Of a stretch of DNA of 48,690 nucleotides, positions 32,247 to 41,583 are shown piece after piece; positions within the stretch are counted from its first letter, which is position 1, and the number at the start of each line of letters is the position of its first letter. The position numbers were made by a program, and so were the translations under genes. Under the pieces are notes generated by a model. It saw only the letters and a program-made list of their open reading frames with translations, did no database searches and was not told the origin of the DNA. The DNA lies in assembly GCA_003707115.1 (NCBI GenBank), contig PPNB01000007.1, positions 310,001-358,690 on the forward strand, given 5' to 3'. The stretch comes from Tortispora ganteri. Its lineage: Eukaryota.

Positions 32247-33284
32247 ATGAGCGCTGAAGAATGTACCATCTCCGGTTATACAGACTCCGAGTATAATCTC
32301 CAACTTCAGATAGGAGCCGTGTTTATCATTATGGTGATCTCAATCATCACATGTATGTCTGCTGTTGTTCTCAAAACAACCTCTAAGTTCAATATTCCGT
32401 CTATGGTTTTCTTTATCGTGCAACATTTTGGTACGGGAATTATCACATCCACCGCATTCGTTCATTTGCTGCCTGAGGCTATTCTCACATTAACCAATCC
32501 TTGTGCAGGCGAGTTCCTCTCAGAGACATTTCCGGGATTCTCAGGTGTAATTATTATGATTTCTGGGCTCATAATGTTCGGCGTCGAAGCATGGATCAAG
32601 TACTGTATATATTACAGTGATGCTTCACGGCTCCAGCAATCCGAATCGCAACAGTCCGTGGACTCTCTCTCCGTTTCCAGCAGCACACAGCGCACACCGT
32701 ACGTCTCCAGCACTAAAAACCCCAAACAGAACGTCGATATCGAGTCTATTCATTCCCGCAGAAACACAGTCGTTTTGGCCGCTCCAATCCTGGGAAACCC
32801 AGCTAAGAGCGAAATTGTCACTGTCATGGTCCTCGAACTCGGTGTCGTTGTCCATTCCGTGTTCGTCGGCCTCTCTCTTGGTACTGCACAAGGTCATACT
32901 TTCTGGTCGCTACTCATTGCCATTGCATTTCACCAAGGTTTTGAGGGCCTTGCATTAGGCGTCCGTTTGGCAAATCTGCGCATTAAACCTCTGTATCAGG
33001 TGCTTGCCTGTTTACCCTTTGGGTTCACCGCACCAATAGGCCAGGCTATTGGTATTGCCGCCAGAAAGTCCTTCAACGAAAATTCCCCTACTGTTCTCAT
33101 CACTATTGGTATTATCAACTGCATTTCTACTGGTCTCTTGATTTACGGAATATACGTTGACATCCTCGTCCATGACTTCATGAACCAGTATGAAGCACCT
33201 CTCTCGAAGCTAAAAGCTATCTGCGCCACGGTAAGTATTATGCTCGGTCTTATTTGTATGTCACTCCTTGCAGTCTGGGCCTAA
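32247..33284 (+). CDS. ZIP-family (Zrt/Irt) zinc transporter
   Basis: HFGTGII.STAFVHLLP, LELGVVVHSVFVGL, FHQGFEGLALG and PIGQAIG; eight hydrophobic segments. Confidence 0.94.
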   Translation: MSAEECTISGYTDSEYNLQLQIGAVFIIMVISIITCMSAVVLKTTSKFNIPSMVFFIVQHFGTGIITSTAFVHLLPEAILTLTNPCAGEFLSETFPGFSGVIIMISGLIMFGVEAWIKYCIYYSDASRLQQSESQQSVDSLSVSSSTQRTPYVSSTKNPKQNVDIESIHSRRNTVVLAAPILGNPAKSEIVTVMVLELGVVVHSVFVGLSLGTAQGHTFWSLLIAIAFHQGFEGLALGVRLANLRIKPLYQVLACLPFGFTAPIGQAIGIAARKSFNENSPTVLITIGIINCISTGLLIYGIYVDILVHDFMNQYEAPLSKLKAICATVSIMLGLICMSLLAVWA

Positions 33285-33295
33285 GATCGCCGTCG

Positions 33296-34105
33296 CTATA
33301 TTAGCCGAGGAAGCACCCCGTTGATTGTCATATTGTGGTGAATCATCGACAGAACACGTTCATGTACCTCACCTAGCACATCAATGACATAATCCCATTT
33401 TTTTCGCACAAACCCGCGAGGATCATTCGAGTAGTCATAATTCTCGAAAAGATCAAGTGTTTGTGCGAATTTCAAATCTGGTTTATCCGGATATATCACG
33501 CTTCTTCTGCGTGGTTTCGGAGTTGAAAACATGTTTAGATGATGTTCTACCCTGCCGTTCCACAGCTTTGAGAGAGTAAAATAGCCCATTTCGCTGTCAT
33601 CAGCTACTAACGGGCCCAAAAACTCGGCATTCTCGTTTGAACAGTTGTTCTTACCGCCTGCACACCGGAATATGCCTCCAACTATACTGTCTGCCACGAA
33701 CAACGACCACAATCGCCATGCGTATTCTTTCTTTCGTGTCAACTTATAACATGGTCCAGTTTCTTCATCCTTGCAGAAAAAATGGTCCCAGTCCCAGCCT
33801 TTGGCAGGATTGTACGGCGCGGTGAACTTCTCGGTGATTATACCACCGAAACAATGCACAAGGTTCATCTCGGTTTGTGTCTCGTTACGTTGGTATGTGC
33901 GTACGATTTCGCCGCGGAATCCATAGTAAGGAGAAAGCAAAAACTCTTGACGACTTGGATTACACGCCTTATACGAGTATATGTGTCGCCAAAAGGGCGC
34001 TGTTTTGTTCTCGTAAGTGTTGATCGGATAGAACACAGGTAGTGTGGCTTCGCATACTTGGCACATAAACGACATTGTGACCAGAATGCATGCACTGATC
34101 TTCAT
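33296..34105 (-). CDS. Secreted Cys-containing glycoprotein, possibly a highly diverged Pra1/AspF2 (zincin-like) relative
   Basis: ATG at 34105 with a signal-peptide-like MKISACILVTMSFMCQVCEA; six Cys in the mature part; sequons NKT, NET, NCS and NMT. The family call is a by-eye motif comparison only. Confidence 0.6.
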   Translation of the reverse strand: MKISACILVTMSFMCQVCEATLPVFYPINTYENKTAPFWRHIYSYKACNPSRQEFLLSPYYGFRGEIVRTYQRNETQTEMNLVHCFGGIITEKFTAPYNPAKGWDWDHFFCKDEETGPCYKLTRKKEYAWRLWSLFVADSIVGGIFRCAGGKNNCSNENAEFLGPLVADDSEMGYFTLSKLWNGRVEHHLNMFSTPKPRRRSVIYPDKPDLKFAQTLDLFENYDYSNDPRGFVRKKWDYVIDVLGEVHERVLSMIHHNMTINGVLPRLI

Positions 34106-34599
34106 TCTCAATTGTGGGTAAAAGAGGGCTAACAAATCGCCTTTTTTTTCATATCTTTATAGTCCAAATAGTTTGTGACCCCTGGAACATAGAGGGTTTC
34201 CTAGTGGAATGAAAAGGGTGTAAGTGCTGATCGAGTTCCCAGATTAGGCAACTGTCGTAAATAAGCTTTGCTCTGCTTTAGAAACTAGAGCTTCAGCATG
34301 GAACTCTTTTATTTATAAAAATATTTTACTATTTACTACAAACTTGCCGCAAGATACAGAAGATCTGCTAGAGCAAAAAAGCGATATTTCTGCGATTCAA
34401 GGCCCCTAATTAATTGACCTATGGTCCCTTGTCAAAACCTTAATCTCAACGGTAATAATGACCAACACCTTTTTTTTTTCACACTCCCAGGAGCCTGCAC
34501 GTACATCCACGCACATTCACGTGTATTTGTTTATACACAATTTCGTACATCCTTTTACTTCTCGGGTTAGCTGTTCGCTCGCTTGCTTTTACTGGTGCG

Positions 34600-36321
34600 A
34601 TGACATCAGTATCTATAACTGCGCTCTCCAAGTCCACAGGACTATCTATGGACGACATATACAGGGAACCGCTTGTATTTAAACCCGCGCAGGATCCAGA
34701 TCCAGTTATCACAGAGCTACCAGGCGTACGTGTTCTTGACTCAGAAATAACCGAACAAGTTCCTACTAAGCTTAAGAAACCTGTACAGCAGCTGTCTACC
34801 GCCACCGACCCCGATGAGTATATTGGCCCTGACCGACCGCTTTATTCACTCGACCAGCTCAAATGCCATTGGCTGAAAGTCCACAAACCATTTCCTGGGC
34901 TCATAAATGCTGGAGTCACGTGTTATCTTAACTCAGTTCTCCAAACACTGCTTCATATCCCCGGGTTCGCCAACTATCTACTGTACACTCACCGCAACGA
35001 GTGTAGCCGATCTGACTCTTGCTATATCTGTATTCTGAGCGAAATAGCTGATAATGTGGTTCTTGCGAAGTCTACAAAGACGCCGTACCTTCCGCGACCG
35101 CTTATCAAAAAACTTAGGAATCTTGGTCCAGGGTTCAACATATACGATCAGGAAGACGCGCATGAGTTCCTACTGTCGCTCATAGATTCGTTGCAGGACT
35201 CACTAGTAACAAAATCGATGCCTGATTCACTTAAAGAGACTTCTGCTCTGCATTGTTTGTTCGGCGGCCGGATCAGGCAGCAGATCAGGTGCTCAAAATG
35301 CAAAAAAGCATCTAATAGATTTGAGGCCTCGCTTGATCTGTCGCTCGATCTGCGACCTTCTGTGAAATCGCTCTCGGAGGCGCTGTCGGACTTCTTTGAG
35401 AAGGAAGAACTCTCCGTTAAGGAAGGGAATGCATACAAATGTGATACCTGTGACGATTACGTTGACGCACAAAAGTCTGTCGACCTCTACGAGTCACCTG
35501 AGTACCTCATTATCCACCTTAAACGCTTCGGGTTCTCGGCCTTTGGTACTACGCAGAAGATTCAGCGACCGATATCATTCACACAACATATTTCGCTTGC
35601 AGACTACACGATACACCACCCAGAACAAGCAAACTATGAGCTCATAGGGCTCATATCGCACAGCGGCAAATCGGCCAACAGTGGACATTACATTTGCTAC
35701 TGCAAGCAGCCCAGCGGCACCTGGGCGAAATATGACGACGAAGAAGTGCAACAAGTATCGTTTGATACCGTCTTAAAGGCGCAAGCGTACATGTTATTTT
35801 ACGCCAAAATTCACGTTTTGCCTTCCATCACGGAATCCATGCCTGAACTGCCGTCGCCGAAAACACCAAAACGCGTACATTCTACTTCTCACGATAAGAC
35901 TAACGATAAGAAACGAAAAAAGACCACACCTAACGGCAATGAACAGCATGCAGAAAGCGATTCACTAAAAAAGGTGGCCGAACCAGCTCCAGAGAAGCAT
36001 TCGGTTATCGCACCGCTTGCTGATACACCCGAGAGACAAGATAAACATGATGAACCCGATAAACTTGAGAAACAAGCTACTAACGGAATATCTACGCCGG
36101 AGAAGCGAAATAAACCCGAGTCGCCAATATCTTCAAGCAAGAAAGTCAAGCATAGAACGAGCATTATGAACGGAAAATCACCGGCTTTTGCAGAGATGCT
36201 AAATAAAAAAAGGAATAGATCCAGAGAAGAAAACAAATCCAAAGAAGAGAAAAAGAGTGTAAAACTGAGTGAAAATTATAAGCGCATCAAAGGCCCGTAC
36301 AAACCGCGAAACACTCTATAA
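34600..36321 (+). CDS. Ubiquitin-specific protease (C19; USP36/42-like)
   Basis: Cys box GLINAGVTCYLNSVLQ, QEDAHEFL, His box HSGKSANSGHY, WAKYDD and AYMLFY; basic low-complexity C-terminus. Confidence 0.92.
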   Translation: MTSVSITALSKSTGLSMDDIYREPLVFKPAQDPDPVITELPGVRVLDSEITEQVPTKLKKPVQQLSTATDPDEYIGPDRPLYSLDQLKCHWLKVHKPFPGLINAGVTCYLNSVLQTLLHIPGFANYLLYTHRNECSRSDSCYICILSEIADNVVLAKSTKTPYLPRPLIKKLRNLGPGFNIYDQEDAHEFLLSLIDSLQDSLVTKSMPDSLKETSALHCLFGGRIRQQIRCSKCKKASNRFEASLDLSLDLRPSVKSLSEALSDFFEKEELSVKEGNAYKCDTCDDYVDAQKSVDLYESPEYLIIHLKRFGFSAFGTTQKIQRPISFTQHISLADYTIHHPEQANYELIGLISHSGKSANSGHYICYCKQPSGTWAKYDDEEVQQVSFDTVLKAQAYMLFYAKIHVLPSITESMPELPSPKTPKRVHSTSHDKTNDKKRKKTTPNGNEQHAESDSLKKVAEPAPEKHSVIAPLADTPERQDKHDEPDKLEKQATNGISTPEKRNKPESPISSSKKVKHRTSIMNGKSPAFAEMLNKKRNRSREENKSKEEKKSVKLSENYKRIKGPYKPRNTL

Positions 36322-36378
36322 TAAGCGGTAAATGATTTCTTTCTTTTTTTTTGTGAAAATAATATCGTATTGCGTCAC

Positions 36379-37629
36379 TTATAGAGTAGCAGTTGCGTAA
36401 TAATATCGGTCAATAAGGTATTGAAAGTCTTCGAGAAGAAGTGCTGTCAAAGATCCAAATACCGGTACACGTTTGATCGAGGCGAGGAATTTCATGATAA
36501 TTCGTCGGGAAATATTGCGGTAAAAGGCAGAGCGCACTATCCACCAGACTAGACTGTGTCGTCTGTTACTTAGCTCTTCTGATTCCAGTCGAGACATCTT
36601 GCGTGGGCCCCCGAGGTCTTCATAGTGAGTTTCGAGCATTTTGTACGCTAACAGTTCCAAAGAGAATCCCGCAATCCACGGCCGCCAATCGCGAGGGTCC
36701 CTTCTATATTTTGTTAGAAGTGCAGTGTATATGAGTGGGCGCATTATGTAGGTAATTTCTCCGACCAGACCTATATTTGAGCGGAAGGCGTCGAACCAGG
36801 AAAGGGAGGAGCGAATAGGCTGAGTGTATAGGGAAGAAAGAAGGAACTCTGCGGGCATTATATCTTCCTCAGTGAGTATGCGGGACATTAAGAAGGCATT
36901 TACCTCGTTCACGGGTAGTGGCGGAAGGATAGTACCAGATCGTGGAAGGCGGTACGCTGTATGTGCAGGATCAAGTTCGTCAAACGCGGACTGGAGCGGA
37001 TCTCTCGCGCGAGCAAATGTTTGCTCGAGCTCAGCCGGGTCGTTATCGCGCTGAACGACAAGTTCGGTAGGCAGAGGAGAGAAACCCGTACGAAAGAGCA
37101 AGATAAGTCTGAGTGTGGCCTTGAAGGCTTCCAGGCTGAGTATAGCCTGCCACTTACGTTTGTTATTTCGTGAGGTGGTATACTCTGTCTTAACGGGATT
37201 AGATTCAAGAGCTTTCTCAATGGTCATTTCATAAAGAATCTCAGAAAATCCAATAACAGTTAGGAAGATCGATATGCCTCGGCAAAGGCGGTCCTTTTGA
37301 TAAGTGGCATTGACGTAGCGCGTATGAAGGCTAGGTTTTGGTTTGTATGGGGATTCCGGAAGCGCATCAATCGCTTTAGATATTATTGAGTTATGATACA
37401 AGCCAAGAATGTTTAAAGTCGTGTATAGTCCCTCAGAGACAGTAGCTACATCTTGGAATTGGCCTAGACGCGATACGCGGTTAGTGAGTGTTCAAAAGAA
37501 GCTCTAATGATGTGTTAACGTACCTGGAATTATATAACTGAGAGTTCTTAAGGTAGATTCAATTGAGGCGATTTGGGCACCATTTTCTATCAGCAGCTTT
37601 TCATAGCTATCTAGCCATTTTTTGCTCAT
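36379..37629 (-). CDS. PEX16: Peroxin Pex16; exons 37629-37524 and 37463-36379, 60-nt intron 37464-37523; 396 aa
   Basis: The intron reads GTACGT...CACTAAC...TAG. Splicing gives [29 protein letters not shown]; also [15 protein letters not shown] and WRPW. Confidence 0.9.
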
Positions 37630-38184
37630 TGTGTTGGTGAAGGTGGAGTAGGTGTGGCAGAGGCAAAGGGTATATTAACGGCGGGTCTTCAGGAGTCCCA
37701 CCCCCTAACCGTGATTTGATTTGGATTCCGACAGCAAATCATTTATTGATTCGAACGACATCCAAACGATACGAGAAAATTAAAAAAATTGTGTAGTCTT
37801 TTTTATACTAGTTTAGACCTTCATTGGCACCTTTTTTTTGTCTTGTTGCGTGGAAATCTCGTTTAGATATACCATCTAGTTATTGACATAGACACTGTTT
37901 ATCGGTCAATATGACTATTTCGACTGTGAATCTCGCAAGAATTAATAAATCCAGATATAAACTTGACCAAAAAATAGGCCAGAAGTCACTCCAAACAGTA
38001 AGTAATAATTTTGTGCATGTTCAAAGGATATCTAACTCTAGGTACTCCAATCTCTGTTCCTCACGTCAAACTCCTTACGCCAACATACCGAGGCAGCGAG
38101 GAACGTATTGTCTGCTGGCATCTCGCGTGCTCGTGGTGGTCTAGAACAAGTGATCTAATTGATTTTCTTGGTTTTTATTTAGAG

Positions 38185-38213
38185 AAAAAAAAAAAAAAAA
38201 AAAAAAAAAAAAA
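38185..38213. repeat. Poly(A)29 tract (poly-U on the MRD1 sense strand, just past its stop)
   Basis: 29 consecutive A. Confidence 0.9.
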
Positions 38214-38240
38214 CAATATTTATAATTATCTAATGTCATT

Positions 38241-40833
38241 CTATTCCATGGACTTCTCTTCGAGGTCAAATTTGCGCTTACCGCTTAGCCTCATAGAAGC
38301 TAACTGCTCGCTCTGTACCTGTTTTTGCACCTTCTTCTGCATCCGCTCGATCTCCTGTTCGGCATCTTCAACTTCAGCGCTCGCATAGCTTATAACAAGT
38401 CGTCGGCCTAATAAATGTGTGCCACTTAGTGATTTCAATGCATGGCTAGCGTCTTTGGTGCCCATGAATTCCACAAACGCAAATCCACGACTTGAAGAAT
38501 CAAATTTCTTAGGTACTCGAACTGTTCGAATTTGACCGTATGCCCCGAACAAGGATCGAACGTCTTTCTTTGTCGCTTCAAATGGCAAATTCTTAATAAG
38601 CAGTTTCGTTCCTTTAGCCGATTTCTTGCGCTGACTGTCGGCAGCCTGCTGCCCGGCACCCATCTCTGATAGATCACTCTTCGCTAATTTCACTTGCAAT
38701 TTGTGTCCTCCAAGAGTAAACCCATCCATAATTTTAGCTGCTTTTAATGCATTTTCACGAGTCTTGAACTCCACGAATCCAAATCCCATGCTCATCGACT
38801 GGCCTGGATTCTTGGGGTTCGGCTTCTTCTTTATTACCGCCGAGAGGTAACCTGATAAAGTGTTAAAAGCATTAACAAGCTCAGAATCTGTAGTCTTAAA
38901 GCTCAGATTCTTAATAAATAGTGACGCATGGTTTCCAATATCGTCTGTATCATCTTCCTGAGCGTCGTCAAATATCTCGCTGACCCCAACTGAAGAAACT
39001 GCCACTTGTGATGATTTCTCCAACACTGGTGCCTTATCTGTAAAAACATCAACAGGAGCTTTCTCTAAATAGATAATAGAGGTTTTGAAACGACGATATG
39101 CAAGTTTAGTAAAGGCAGCTCTAGCGTTCACAGCTTGTGTGAATTCCACAATAGCAACTGTACCGCTAGGCGGCATCAGAACTCTATGAAGCTCGCCGTA
39201 CTCCTCGAACATCCCTTTGATTTCTTCTAATGTTGTTCCATGAGGAAAATTTTTAACGAGAATAGTGGTGTCAGACTTTTTCTTGGAATTTTTAAAAGCG
39301 TTGAGATCAATTCCATGCTGCTCAAAATATGACCGGACATCATTAATTACCTGTGATTCTGCAAGCGCTTGTCTGACAGCAGCGTCAGATGATTCAGGGT
39401 CAAGAATATCTGCTTTTGAAACCGACAGTTTTTCTGCCATTGCTGCAACTACAGCATCAGCACTCATGTAAAGAGAGTTCCATGTGAAATCAGATTTAGC
39501 TGCTTCGGCTTGTCGTTTTAACTCTCTTTGCTTTTTCAATGGAAGATTTTTCAAATCATATTCATCCAGACGATTTGTTCTTTTAGGTTCAGCAGGGATA
39601 ATATGCAAAAGCCTTCCGTGAAAAATTTCTTTGTCTAGGGTTGTGTATGCAGATATGGCATCTTCAGGCTTTTCGTACAAAATATATGCATAGCCTTTAG
39701 ATGTGCCAGACTCAGTGTCAGTTGCAAGGTGTGCCTAAATAGTTAGTGAATGTTGTCGAAAATACATAATTTCGCAATGTAATGATCCTCAGTTATCATA
39801 CTATCTTTAATTCCAGAGATCATCATTTCCTAAGATAAGATGTCCCTATCTGATATTTTCCTCATTGGATCAAAATATGAAGTTAACTTACCTCTTCGAG
39901 CGGGCCAAATTTGGAAAATTGGTTTTCTAAATCTTCTTCTGTAACTGAATATGCAAGGTTTCGAAGAAACAGGCGTTTTGACGATCTTATCTTCTCAATT
40001 GATGCATCTTCCTGCATCTCTTCCAGAGGCTCAACAACCTCTTCCTCACTAGTTTTAACAAGTTCCCGTTCAGGTTTCTGTTCATGTTTCTGTTCAGGTT
40101 CATCTTTATAGTTATTGGTTTCGGCAGTTGGTTCAGGTTTTGGTACTGGATCGGTCTCGGGTATGCGTTTCTGCCTCGTAATAAGCCACTGCTCGTCTGA
40201 AACAGTTTCGTCTTGAGCGATATTGTCATATTCTTCAGTACCTTCATCTAAACCAGCAACCTGTTCCAGTTCTGAAGTATCAGCAGATTTTCTTCGGTTC
40301 ACTTCTTTTGCGACTACATTCAACTCATCAGGTTCAGATTCCGCTAACGGATCAGCTTCAACGGTAGCTGTATGATCCATTTGCACGGTCTCTTCAGGCT
40401 CAAAGAAGTCGTCGTTTGCCCAAGTACGTGCGCTTTTCGCTGGTTTCATTGCTTCAAGGTATTCCTGGAATTTGGGATCACGCCTTCGCTTGCCGTTTTG
40501 GCCTTCAAAACTTGAGCTGTCATTTGATGGTCGTTGTTGTAAATGTTTTGCAGCGCTGCGGCGTGCAAGCTCTGATTGTAAACCAGGGTCCTTGAATGAC
40601 CGCGCAAGTTCGACAGCGATCTTAGATGTGTCTATGAACGATTGATCGAAATATTTGACTGCATTTAAAGCGTCTTCTTCCGATCTGTATCCTACAAAAC
40701 CGAACCCTCGTGCTCTACCGTCTCTGAACTTGACGAGTTTGCAGTCAGTTATCGGTGAGAATTGCTTAAAGTGCTCTTTAAATCGATCTTCGGTGATACG
40801 AGGAGGCACATTCTTCACAATAATGCGAGACAT
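38241..40833 (-). CDS. MRD1: Multiple-RRM pre-rRNA processing factor Mrd1/RBM19; exons 40833-39892 and 39734-38241, 157-nt intron 39735-39891; 811 aa
   Basis: MSRIIVKNVP start. The intron GTAAGT...CACTAAC TATT TAG joins FGPLEE|AHLATD in frame. Also WNSLYM, SMGFGFVEF and THLLGRRLV. Confidence 0.94.
39783..39872 (-). ncRNA. SNR64: Intronic box C/D snoRNA, snR64/SNORD74 type (predicted guide for the 25S Cm2337-equivalent)
   Basis: Terminal stem TGATCC/GGATCA; box C ATGAGGA (39865-39859); guide AGATAGGGACA (39851-39841); D' CTTA; C' ATGATGA; D CTGA (39792-39789). The guide pairs with conserved LSU UGUCCCUAUCU. Confidence 0.88.
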
Positions 40834-41025
40834 TCTCTGCGGAAAATGCAAAAAAAGAGAAATGTACGTCTAGCGCAGAAATTGCAATGTAGGATTTGGG
40901 CATTTATATTTTTTTTTTCTCCCACCAAAACCTTATATTATAAACCTTATTTATGGAACTCGCCTGCACTAACACAAAAAGCTGACCCTACCTATAATTC
41001 TTTATCCATTAGCACTATTTACACA

Positions 41026-41394
41026 ATGAATTCCGAAGGTAAGTCGATGGCGAGTTAGGAATTTGAACAGAGTTATATTAACTATAGTTGATATTCGGGC
41101 GCAGGATGTGGTAAGTAGACAGCAACATCTTTAAACATTAAACCCTTTCTAACGAATCAGTCGGAGCCAGTACTTGCCGAGGTTATAAGTCTCAGCAACA
41201 ATGCTATAAGGCAGTATACAGTAGAGAAAGATATTGCGAAAGCTATTAAACAAGGGCTGGACCTTAAATTTGGAGGTCCGTGGCATGTTATTGTGGGCAA
41301 AGAGTTCGGCAGCTTTGTCACCCACGAATCTGGCTATTTCGTATACTTCATACTGGAATCTAAAGCATTCCTTGTATTTAAAACTGCCTCTTAA
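41026..41394 (+). CDS. DYN2: Dynein light chain LC8; exons 41026-41038, 41088-41110, 41161-41394; 89 aa
   Basis: Two GTAAGT..AG introns (49 and 50 nt). The product MNSEVDIRAQDVSE...EKDIAKAIK..LD.KFG.PWHVIVGKEFGSFVTHE..F..F...FLVFKTAS is a typical LC8. Confidence 0.93.
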
Positions 41395-41583
41395 TAAATA
41401 TAACCAATCGCTATAATTCGCTTTTAGCTCCACTCGATAACCCATAAAATTGACTGTGGTATACCGGCAATAGATGGTCACCACCGTAGCGTGAGCACTT
41501 ACCCTGCTTTCAGCATTCTCAAGTTCACCACCCAAACCAACCAAGCGAAAAATCCTTCCCTTGTTTCTCCAACATCTGTCAGT

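Noticed and set aside
38241..40851. MRD1 split into two ORFs, suggesting a pseudogene (likewise the truncated-looking PEX16 and dehydrogenase ORFs)
   Set aside because: Canonical introns restore complete in-frame proteins.
41491..41583. GTG/TTG-initiated N-terminal extensions in the ORF track (RPB2, MDL1, TLG2, MRD1, the TF, SLC1)
   Set aside because: Family-typical N-termini begin at the first ATG, and these extensions lack the clear presequence composition seen for TRR1.
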